Assembly: GCA_021613535.1 (NCBI GenBank)
Contig: CP075495.1
Coordinates: 11,718,001 to 11,782,000 of the forward strand
From: Adineta vaga
Taxonomy: Eukaryota; Animalia; Rotifera
DNA length: 64,000 bases
Direction of reading: 5' to 3'
In this document: piece by piece, positions 52,383 to 64,000 of the stretch
How the letters are laid out: the number at the start of each line of letters is the position of its first letter
Position numbering within the stretch: the stretch's first letter is position 1
Translations under genes and position numbers: made by a program
Notes under the pieces: model-generated
Told to the model about the DNA's origin: nothing
Seen by the model: only the letters and a program-made list of their open reading frames with translations
The model's database searches: none

Positions 52383-53887
52383 TACGGAATATTACTGATA
52401 ATTTTATCAGATCTTTCTGCTTGATGCCAATAATTATTTTTTACATAATGAAGTCCTATCTCTGTTTTCAATTTCGTCATTGAAGAATTTTTATGAGTTA
52501 TATATGATATGATAGTAAAGGTTGGAATTTTGTTGAAAACAATTTCTCATGACGACATTTGATCGCGTGCGCATGCCAGGGTCATAATAGGAGATATAAG
52601 CAAAAGCTCGACCTTGTGCCATGTCATACTTTCGTTACTCGAACATTTATCTCATCTTGAGACTGTCTCTCACAGACTGATCAAGACGAATCATCGTCAT
52701 AACTCAAGGTTTGATTATACAGATCAGAGAAGAGCAAATAAATGAAAGATTTATTTAATATCATATAATAACACTATGACATAAGCTCGATATGTTATTC
52801 ATCATATCAGACAACATTTATAATACGAATTCATTTGATCGATCACTTATGTCTTTTATTAAACAGAGAATATGACTAAGATGTATGTTCTATATTAGTG
52901 TAAGACAGAATATCAATATCTCAAATTACTACTTTTATTCGATGGAAAGAAAAAGGAGACAAAACATCATTCTTTTCTTCTGTTTTTCTAACCTTTTCTT
53001 ATTTGGTCACTATATGTCTACAAATTATGATAACAACAAGTATGTTAAATATTACGTGACGATAAGAGACTAAATATTGATAAAAGTAAGATGTGATTCA
53101 AAATTCTTTAGTAATTGAACACTAAATATAACTCATTAAATTTAAGAATTACTTACTATAAAATTTTGCAGTATATTACCATTCGCTGTCGATTGGACTG
53201 TTCATGGATAAAATCATTTTCAATCTGATCTCTTTTTGTTACTCTACATTTATACACGACATAATATCAGTTTTTACCTTAGTCTCGCTCGTTTTTTTTG
53301 TCGAACTACGTGGTCGTTAATCACGCTTTTGAACAATATGTTCAAATGGGACTCACCTCCTCTTTCTTTCTACCGTTACTAAATAATAATCATATAAATA
53401 AAAGAACATCGACGCACAGACATGAACAAAAACGAACAAGAAAGCAAACGTTCTCTCATCGCTATTGATTGTACAAACGAGACATAGTATACGATTATCC
53501 CTCATCATGTCAAGCTATGCTCCTTGTATAAACAGAAGTAATACTGTCAAGTCGAAAGCAAAGAATATGATGGTAATCATCATTTCATATAATCTAATGC
53601 AAGACCGATTGAAATATTATAAATAATATCAATAATCATTACATCTACTCAAATCGATCTGGGGACAAACTGAAAGTTAATTCATGCGATGAGAAAACGG
53701 ATGTTTTTGTAGCAAAGCATGCAGAAAAAAATCTCGATAATAAATTTCATCTATTTTATTTAATGAGATGGCAAAACTTTAGAAAGGAAAAACATCAATG
53801 TTTCTATAAGATAAATGGATATAAAGGATATATAATGGATACGAAAACCAACGTATTGTCGTCCGATTGTAATCAATTCGATGAACA

Positions 53888-54329
53888 TTAACTACTGGAT
53901 GATTTCTATAAAAATAATTAGATTTAGAATTATTTCCACAGATCATATTCTTACATCCAAAAAATGTTCACGAATTTTTGTTAATCTTGAAGATTGTGCA
54001 CGAAGATAGGGTGAACGAAACTCATTTTGACAATTTCCATAACCCATCCCTAAACCAATACCGGTGCCCAAGAAAACTGGCCATGGACGACCTAGGTTCA
54101 AGCAACACGGAAAATATGTTAGTTAATATTAGAAGAATACTTACGTTTAAAGAGAACAGCTGAAAAGATAATACCCAAAGCAATACCAGAAGCTAAAATT
54201 AAAAGAAGAAATGATTTAATTAACTATGAATAAAATTGTACCTGTCTTAACGATTGTATCCGTAACACATCGATCCCATTTTTCACCATAGACATCTTCA
54301 GATGCTAATGTACGATTTGGTGTTGTCAT
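53888..54329 (-). CDS. MICOS10: MICOS complex subunit Mic10, 4 exons
   Basis: SEDVYGEKWDRCVTDTIVKT, GIALGIIFSAVLFK, RPWPVFLGTGIGLGMGYGNCQ; last exon KSSSS* inferred. Confidence 0.92.
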
Positions 54330-55280
54330 CTAGAAAAGATAAATATAGAAAGTAGCTCAAAAGTCTTTTTCCATCAGAGAACTTTTCTTTCGACAAAATC
54401 GAATGAAGTAAAACATGAAATATGGTAAATCGATTAAATCATCTAGATTCGTGCATCATTCATGCGTAGTTATGAATTGTTCGATAAAACATTCACGACA
54501 TAGAATCTAGGATCATAGAAGAAGAATAGTTTTTATAATAAAACTCAGTGAAAAAAACAAACTCTAAACATATATAGTTCTCTCTAAAATAAATAACTAA
54601 ATAGTCAATCAAAGTTTATTGATTTCCATTTCAATCGATCGCAATACTAGTTATTAAAGCCATTGCACTATTTTCTGCTTGCTATTCGGATTCGAATCCT
54701 TGGTTGGACTGTTGTTGTGCTGCATTTGATCGTTTTATAACAATTTCTAATAGATGTCACTTACCGTTACTGCTTTATATTTTGGACTGTTTCAGACTTA
54801 TCCAACAATTTGAGGAACGTCGAACTAATTGAACAGTACTATCAGTTCTGAAACAACTGCCGATCATGATTTGTTCTTCAACTGTATATTTCAATTATAT
54901 AGAAAATTATAGGAAAAGAAACATTTTTGAAATATTGAGTTGAAGATTCATCAATGAATGAAAAAAAAATTCTTTAAGATATTCTTCGATTATTAATTGA
55001 CATGATCATCCAACGTTGAACATGCAGACGTGAATAAAATGTCATAACAAGACGCTTTCGTTCGATCTTACTCTAGACGTTTCTGAATCAGAAGGAATTT
55101 TGAGAAGACTAGATTGAAAACGTGACAGAGGTCGCCGTCGACCAAAACGACTGCTTTTCTTTCTTATATAATACACGCATTTATTTCGACAGGTTTATCA
55201 TAATATCCAATCAATTTTTTCAGAAATTTTCAACCTTTTTTCTAATTTCATTGATCAATTTTTTGAAGAAAATAGCCATC

Positions 55281-57650
55281 ATGAATGTCGATGAACTTTT
55301 AAGTTATCAGGTATTATCAGTTTTCTTTGTCTTGTATTATTTATCCTTCTATTTCTGTATTATAGCCGGAGAAACCTGCAGTGTCATCTGCGAATGCATC
55401 AGGAAATAAACGAACAACTGATTCAGCTTTTTCTATAGCTGCTGGATATCCTAAACGAGCCAAACGTCCGATTCTAGACGACGTACCTATGACATCAAAT
55501 AGTGCATCAATAAATAATACAAACATCGCTTTGTTAAGTCATGATGAACGTGATAAACTTTTACAAATGCTTGAACAAGAATCAGCAGTAAGAATTTAAC
55601 GAAAACTTGATTTAAAGAATTAAAATTATTCTGAACTTTTCTTCGTAGACAGAAGAACTCGATGAAACCTCATTGAAACGAATGCTTTCACAACTTGAAA
55701 AACGTATTTCAAAAAATCAAGAAATGCGTATTAAATATCCTGATCAACCAGAAAAGTAGTTTTATTCATATATATATTTCACTGTTCATAATGACGAAGC
55801 TTTCTTTTAGATTTATGGATTCAGAAATAGAATTAAATGATGCTGTACAAGAATTACATGTGATTGCGACACAATCAGAACTCTATCATGTTCTTGTCAA
55901 TATGAATGGCATCTCATTATTAATGAGTTTATTAACACATGAAAATACAGATATAAGTATTGCAGTAATTAGTCTTATTCAAGAATTAACAGATGTGGAT
56001 ACATTAACTGAAAGTGAAGAGCAAGCAGCATTTTTAATTGATGCATTAGTAAGTTGTTTAAATAAATAATGAAGAATTAAAAGATAATATTTCAGGCTGA
56101 ACAACAAATTGTGTCATTATTAGTTCAAAATATGGATAGATTAGATGAAAATGTTAAAGAAGAAGCAGATGGTATTCATAATTCATTAGGTAAGAAAGAT
56201 TGTTAAACATGAAGATATATAAATTATTCTTTTATGAATACAGCTATCGTTGAAAATATGACCGAATTTCGTCCATCTTTATGTATTGATGCATGTAAAC
56301 AAGGTTTACTATCATGTTTATTAAAACGTTTACAAGTAAGAATATAAAGTTTTTCGATGATCAAAGAAAAAATGATGTTTTCTTTTTCGATTAGATTAAA
56401 TCTCCATTTAGCTCAATTCGTTTATATTGTTCTGAATTAATGTCAATTTTATTACAAAATCATGATGAAAATAGACAAATGCTTGGTGAATTAGAAGGCA
56501 TCGATATACTCTTACAACAACTTGCTGTAAGCATTTATTTAGTTTACTCATAAACTGATGAGAAACTAGATTACATAGTCATTCTTTCATTTTTTTTCTT
56601 CTTTTAATAATAGTATTATAAACGGCATGATCCACAAACAAGTGAAGAATTTGAATATATGGAAAATTTATTTAGTTGTCTATGTTCATCATTAATGTTT
56701 GCTCCTAATCGACAACGATTTCTTAAAGGTGAAGGTCCACATTTAATGAATATTATGCTCAAGTAAGATATCTTTGTTAATATTTTTTCTGAATTCAAAT
56801 TCGTTTCTCTAATAGAGAAAGAAAGGCATCGCGTAATGGTGCATTGAAAACTTTAGATTTTGCTATGACGGGTGTTGAAGGAAAAGATAATTGTCAAAAG
56901 ATAGTTGATATCCTTGGTTTACGTACAATTTTTCCATTATTTATGAAACCACCAAAAGGAAATAAACGATCTGGAGAGATGCGAGCAGAAAATGAAGGTA
57001 ATAATCTTCATCGATCATTTGTTATATTCTATTTTGTTTTCATCATTAGAACATGTTATCTCCTGTATCGCTTCATTAATAAGAAATTGTAGTGGTGCTA
57101 ATCGTCAACGTGTATTTAATAAATTTACTGAAAATGATCATGAGAAAGTAAAGGAAAGCCTTGAATTTATCTATTTCATAGAAATGAATGTTTTAGGTGG
57201 ATCGAATCATGGAACTTCATTTTCAATACTATGAACGTGTTCAAGCAGCTAATAATCATATTGGAGATGACGATGAAGAAGATGAAGATGAAGCCTATCT
57301 TCGTCGATTAGATGCTGGATTATTTACTTTACAATTGATTGATTATATTATTATTGAAATAGCTTCATCAACAGCCAACATTCCATCAATACGACAACGT
57401 GTCATACAAATTCTTAATTTAAGAAATAGTTCTATTGATTCCATCAAAGCTCTCGTACGCGGTAAGATATTTATCTATCTATGTATATTGTATACAAATT
57501 TATTGGTTTCTGTTTTAAGAACATGCGAACAATTTGGGTAATTCAAAGAAAAGTAATGGTGTTAATTATCCAACTAATGATGAAACAAGCAATGGACATG
57601 GTGAAGATTCTCATAAACAATATTTGTTGGATTTAGTTGATAAATTCTAA
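55281..57650 (+). CDS. CTNNBL1: Beta-catenin-like protein 1 (Prp19 complex), multi-exon
   Basis: KNQEMRIKYPDQPEKFMDSEIEL, LLTHENTDISIAVISLIQELTDVD, YKRHDP..EE.EYMENLF..LCS, FLKGEG, LGLRTIFPLFMK, KFTENDHEKVDR, YLRRLDAGLFTLQ. Confidence 0.96.
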
Positions 57651-57955
57651 AACAATACCTATTCTTCTTTTTTTCTATTCTTTTCTGTATGGTACATATA
57701 TGTAAACGTGTGACGTCACACTATTCTTCTACTAAATCTAGATATATCTTGTTAAAGAAATCAACAATAGATATGTCATATACATCTCGTTCTTCTTCTT
57801 TTTTTTAAATGGACGGCTGATATGCTTGTGAAAGATAAAGAATCAAATCTAGTTCTTGTTTACTTTGTCGTTCCATGATTCGAAGTGTCATGTCTTCCAT
57901 ACGATTTCTTTCTACTCGTTGATTTCACTCACATTACTAAACAACTGATAAAGTT

Positions 57956-58183
57956 ATGTCACAACAAGTCCTATCATCAAGAAATCTTCATCATCGTCAT
58001 GGTAATAATGATGATGAGATTAATTGCTTTGGTTACGTTGTAAATCAATGTAATTTCTATGTTGAACATTTTGGTATTATTATGAAAAAAGTTATATGTA
58101 AATCATGGTCAATCAAATCGAAACAATCAACGCGAAAGAAAAAGAAACAAGTAAATATAAATTTTCTTCAGATGCTTCAATAG
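57956..58183 (+). CDS. Possible 75-aa hypothetical protein
   Basis: ATG-initiated ORF with protein-like composition, an upstream TGACGTCA (57711) and a downstream AATAAA; no family recognised. Confidence 0.3.
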   Translation: MSQQVLSSRNLHHRHGNNDDEINCFGYVVNQCNFYVEHFGIIMKKVICKSWSIKSKQSTRKKKKQVNINFLQMLQ

Positions 58184-59879
58184 AAGAAGATCATTGACAT
58201 ATACTAATTTCCTCACTTCACTTTATTTACTATTCTGAATACATCATCTATTTATCTTAAATAAATAGAAAACATTGAATGAAACCAACAATGTTTATGC
58301 ATAATAATTATTATCAAGCAATAATAAAATATGCCGTTTTTTTCCTTCTTTTTCTATTCATCGAAAACTCATAAGAAGATTCTCTGGATTACATTTAGTT
58401 GTTTGTTTTTAACAGCGTATTTCTTTTCTTTTTCCAATAGTCTACAACAAATATTATAATGTTGAGTTATTGAATACAATTATGAGAAATATATCTATCT
58501 CTCTTTTCTCTATAGTACGGACATGTCTAGTCGAGAATTCTTATCATAAACATCTACTAAGTAAATCTTTATCATTAATGCTTGTAGTCGATTGTTATCT
58601 GTCTGCAAACAACTATTGCTAATTTATTAAAGATTGTCTGTTGTCATCGAATATCTTATGATTCTTGTAAGTGTCCTCGCAAAACCTTGTATTATCGTAT
58701 ATTGTTTTTAATCAAACGAAAAAGAAATGTATTTATTGAGAATGAATGATCGTATTTGATAAAAAAAAAGGGCCCGACAAGAAAAAAGAAGAAAACGGAA
58801 TATGAGATACAAAGACAGCTGAAGTTTTCCGTTCTTATGCATTCAATTGTCAATCAATTTCTATAAAGAGAAAAATTGTTGACATTGCGTGGGTCGATAC
58901 ATATTCATCTGCATTACAATTTATCTTTTTCAATCGTCTATTTATAGTTGTGATCGACCACACTTTCTTATTATTCGAGTGTATATTCAGTGAATACAAA
59001 TACGTTTTCCGTCGAGTTTTCCTTTCCAACAAATACGGAAATTAAAAGATAGTTACTATTAGAAATGAGTACTTTTCCTTATTAGTAACATCTGCATGTC
59101 TCTTCTTATTTTAACATTCCAACGATGGAACGAAGAGAAAGGTGTTTCTACTTGATTATTACCTGACAGATGCAACAAAAACGGGTTTACTTGTTTTATA
59201 AGACTTCAACATTTATAATCATCAATTCTTTTCATTTTTTTTCTTTTTTTGTCTTACTTATGTTTCCATATGCTACACGCGCACATAACGCCTACTCAAC
59301 AACGATCAGTCGTCCTTAGTAATTACGGATTTTTTCTTGCTTTCTTTCAGACGTGTGTTTTTCTCCTTTCCTTTTTTCTACCCCGAAAAAAATGTCACTC
59401 AGTATTCTGTTTTTTTTCTGGTTCTTCTCTTCATCCTTGTGCGCTTTTAATAGGGTGACGCAGCAAAGCTAGATACCACCGAGTAATAGCAATAGAGCAC
59501 ATTCTTTTCTCTATCTGCTTGTTCTTAATATCAGGATTTTTTTGTTTATGGGCTTTTTACATTGTATATTACATTAGTTTCGTAGAATTTCTGATGTTAG
59601 TATCGTCTTCCAATGCAGTTCGAGATGTACTAAAAGATAACTCTATATTATCCGCAGTATTGATGTTATTCTTGTTCTTGTTGTTTTTAGAAATCGACAA
59701 ATCTTCGTAATTGTGAAACGTTATCTACTATCGATGTAATATCACTTTTTCAGTCAAATACACATTGTCAACAACAATTTACTGCATCAACAACACTTGT
59801 TAATCCATTATCTATATCATCTAAACCACAAATATCAAGACAATTACTAGAAAGTTTAATAACTGTAATTGATAGCAAA

Positions 59880-61156
59880 ATGCCATTAGCACAAAATTAT
59901 AAAGATGATGTATCGCTTTTGGAATCGGAAGCAGCACTAACAAATGTAACAATGGAACGTGTCAATACAGACTTTGGTATACATCAAGAAACGAATACAA
60001 AGGCTAATGTAAGTGAATATTTTCATGGACGCATTAACGATAGCCTTTTTTTTTCATATTCTTTATTGCGTCGATGAGAAAAATACATTTCGTTGATTGT
60101 CAGATGACATTAGTGTTAGTTCGATGATTTTTAATTTTTCTTATCCGATGCTGCACACGTGTATATATTTTCATCGATAAATACATCGTAAAATGTTTTT
60201 ACAGTGATGAAGTATGTTCTCATTCATATTAGTTAGATATAATACTACAGGAAATTGGAACATATAACAAGTATAATTATTTTTTGAAAATAAACATACA
60301 TCAAAATGTCATAGAATTTGGTGAATGTAATTTAGATATCGTTTCTTATAAAAACGATTATTTTGAATATACAATTCATCAGAATAAAAAAATAGACAAT
60401 TTCATATCGTTTAAAAATGATATTCTCAGAAGATTTTATATAATAGATGAGAATTATTAATATAAAAATAGTCTATAGAAATTTAATTGAAAAGAACGGT
60501 TAAGGTTTTTTGAACATTAAATATAAATATAGAACATAACATTTGTTATGACTCAGTTCAGATAATTATATTCATTGTCATTTCTTATTTTCAAAGGAGT
60601 AAGCCTTTTGCATAATTATACTTTTACATATTTAAACGCGACTTCTCTATTATAATAGAAGACATCAATTTGAAAGCGTTAAACAATTTTTGAAGAGAAA
60701 AATGATCTACGGAAATATTATTTTCAAGTGAAATTAAATTCATTTCATACGATGCTATACATGTAATATTTTTAGTTATATTAAACAAAGTTTCAAATAC
60801 AACATTTTCGAGAGTATTTCTCATATTCCGGAAATAGTAATAAATATCATACTGATATACAAAGAAAGTTCTTGTCAACTTCACCTTATGTTAAACATCT
60901 TTCTTATATTCATTTACACTAAATGAAATCAAGTACTTATTCTTATCTTGCATTGGTACATTCTTATGAATAAAACCAATATTGACATAGATAGACAGAT
61001 TTGATCAAGTGTTCGATTATATAATCTCATTTGAAATACTTGATGAACAATTAAAGATTGTTACTAAACTTTAGTGAAAAAGAAATTGTTTTGAATTTTT
61101 GAATAAAATAATATTCATATTTACTAGACATGATCAAATGAGAAGGTTTACTTTAT

Positions 61157-61188
<32 letters not shown>

Positions 61189-63330
61189 GTCAATACGACA
61201 TGAGAATCGTGACTGTTATATCTTTATTATAATCGATGAAAGAAATATGAAGTTTTTTTTTGTTACGTATTAAATGTTAGATCGTACTTTATAAATTAGT
61301 TTAAATGTATATTTTAGTCTATAGATTTCTATAGTATTCTAAAACTAACAGCTATCCATGATTAATCAACAAGTGACCAATTGTTATTTTTTATATATTT
61401 TTTCGATGATTGCTCGAATGAATCATTGATGTCAAACTAACCTCTATGATTGTATATGTAAATAACAAAATTAATAAAAAAAATCCTAGTACCAGTGTCG
61501 GAAATGATCGTTTCCTTTCTTCTTTTTCGAACGTTCATTAACATCAACAATATAAATCGATTTTGTTTTTCCAATTCGTAACAAGAAATTGCCAGAGATG
61601 AGATTCCAATCGCTTTTTCTCTATCAAAGAGATCAACAGTGAGAATCACAAATGATTATTCATCCGTTTGTTTTTATCGTGATTTCGCATGATAATGACA
61701 CATTATTGAAAGTTAGCAAGTCAGTTGTTTTGTATGTTTCTTTTTGTTATTCTAGCGTGGTAATGATCGTTCATCAAATGTTTCTACAACAACAATGGTT
61801 AGTACAAATAGTATGAATATGTTAGCAGATGATGATCTTCCTGACATAGTTTCAACGGTAAGTCTATTGATAATAATCGATTTGTTTCATTCAGTTTATT
61901 TATGCATGAATTAATATATGATTGTAGAAATCTACGTTTGTTACCGGCTCTGAAACGGTAAAGGGAGTAAAAAGAATAATCGATTTGTCTTTTTCTTTGC
62001 GTGGCTATCTAATATTACCATTGACACGGCTTCTTCTCCTTTGATTCATTATTTTCATAGAAAGCGAGATGCTCTAGAAAATTCTCGTTCAGTGTCATGA
62101 TGATTCATTGGTAATTTTGCAACTAGGAGAATTAGTCATCGGAAAATTTAATATATAATGATATTCTATATCTTCGTTCATTCTATATGTGCACGAATAT
62201 TCTCGTAAAATATGACTTATTTTTATTTATTAGAAAAAAAATGTGACGTCATTTAACGAATGTTGAATAAGACCAAATAAATATTCTTACATTCGATGAT
62301 GACGATATTGCAAGTATAGCTAATTCTTTCGCCGACGCTTTATACAACTATTGTAGAGAGGCACAAAAACATTCTTTTCCTTTTTCTTCATCTATACGAA
62401 GAAGAAAAAAGTCGGTTCTCCCCCTCATTCTTTTCGTCGTTTTCTTCTCTTCGCCATTTTTTTTCTCTTCCTTTTTCTTTTTCCCATATTTTTCACTGTC
62501 TTATTTTTCTTTCTTTTCTTCCTCATACACGTTATGTCATAAGTACGCGATGACCATAGTTAAAGGTTATATTATGATTTTTCCTCCTTCATCGATAAGA
62601 TACATTTCAGTTTATTTGTTAATTCATGAAAGATATTTTCCTATACGGTGACGTACGAATGGATTTCCTCGAAGTTCCTCGTAAGGCCGATCATCATACA
62701 TTCTATTTAAGTTCATGTGAGTCAGCCGCTGGTATTGATACACATGATTCAAATATTTCCTCAAGATGTTCGTCTCTATCATCGACTTCATCCTTAAATG
62801 TCGAACTACCTACACCGATTTCTCCCGTGCATACGAACAGTTTTTTAAATGTTCTAAAACGATTACATTGTTTAACACTTCGTCGAAAGAAACATGGTCG
62901 ATATCGTTCATTATCAACATCGTTACATCTTTTCTTCAAGAAACATCCACAATCATCCATTGATATTAGTCAATCAACAATCGAATTTTGTAAATCACCA
63001 TCTAGTCCACAATTTCCAACAATCAATACAGATAATACAATCCAATTAACTCGATCAAAAGGAAGTAGTGCTAGTTGTCAACAGATCTCTCTCCCCGGTG
63101 CAAACAAAGATATATATTCTAATAGTAAATCTCACAATTTTCAATCGCGAAGATCGTTATTAAGACGTTTAAGATCTTCGCACAAGACAGTTAGTGAAGA
63201 TAATAATACCAATACATTAAGTTCAGTCGAATTAGCTCTCACATCACAAATTCTTCCAACTCTATTCATTACAGAATCAACTTCACTAGTAACACCTGTT
63301 CAACAATTAACATCTTTTGATTATATACGT
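59880..63330 (+). CDS. 5' exons of an unidentified gene that probably continues beyond the window (exons 59880-60008 and 61756-61857; probable alternative first exon 62626-63330)
   Basis: Each exon ends in a GTAAGT donor; exon 61756 has a TTCTAG acceptor and is in phase with exon 1; the 62626 ORF is Ser-rich and disordered with no recognisable domain. Confidence 0.5.
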
Positions 63331-64000
63331 GTAAGTGATCATACGTTTTCTTTTCTTGTGATCCTATTCAGTATTTCGGGATTGTGATGAATTATCAAAT
63401 AATAATATTTATCTTCTCTAGACATTCATGAAATATCATGACTTTTCTTTTTCGTCTCCTTACAATTGAATATTGAAATAATATCATTCCTTCACATTGA
63501 TGATTATTTCTTATTTCCTTCCTTTGCTAAAGATTCTTTTGCTGTCTTTATTTATCTAGATATTACTAGTATTAATCTTCTATGTGATGAAACATGTCAT
63601 TGTTGATTAAAAAAGATAGAAGAGAGAAATTTCTCTATTTGTGTTTCCTCAGAAGAGGAGTATCAACACACAAGGCATATATTTGACGTAATTTCAGTTT
63701 CATATTCTCGTCTTTCCTAAATTCCTATTTTTAAATCAAATGATAAGAAACTACATTTACATACAATCATCTTTATGACCTTTCTCCAATCATTCTTCTT
63801 GCTTTCAATAGTACCTATAGTTTTTATCGATCTCTACCGATCCTTGTATAATATTACATATTAATTTGACTAGTTTTGTCATGTGTTGTGTGGATGATTA
63901 ATAAGATAGAAAAGACACAAATACGCTTGCGTAGGATGATGAGATAGAATGACATGTTTTTTCTTTGAATATATATATACTTGACAAAGGACGGAGGTAT

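Overview
Eukaryotic, AT-rich, gene-dense genomic DNA with many short (about 50-65 nt) GT-AG introns, so the ORF track shows only exon fragments. Composition, intron size, metazoan ciliary and housekeeping genes, an F-box/LRR gene with one repeat per exon, and non-metazoan-type genes point to a bdelloid rotifer (inference). Genes in order: CFAP46 (minus, runs off the window start); two tandem intron-containing CPA2 (CHX/KHA-like) cation/H+ antiporters; a 70-aa CaaX microprotein; SAP18; two AADAC/NCEH1-like lipases; a hotdog thioesterase; MPPE1/PGAP5; a DUF3253 gene 52 bp downstream of MPPE1; CCT3; a MORN2-like gene; an ARL13-like GTPase with a long repetitive tail; a small F-box/LRR gene; an intronless GPCR; a neuronal calcium sensor; an orphan acidic ORF; an OSBP-related protein; a TRIM-NHL protein; tRNA-Lys(UUU); MICOS10; CTNNBL1; and the 5' exons of an unidentified gene. 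Most notable: (i) a likely horizontally acquired DUF3253 gene arranged like a downstream operon cistron with a splice acceptor directly before its ATG; (ii) a roughly 2-kb C-rich to G-rich strand-skew flip centred on the LRR exons of the F-box gene; (iii) patchy gene-conversion-like mosaicism between the two antiporter copies; (iv) tiny hairpin elements with telomere-like arms; (v) four single-base frameshifts in otherwise intact genes, most likely assembly errors. All family assignments come from motif recognition by eye; no searches were run.
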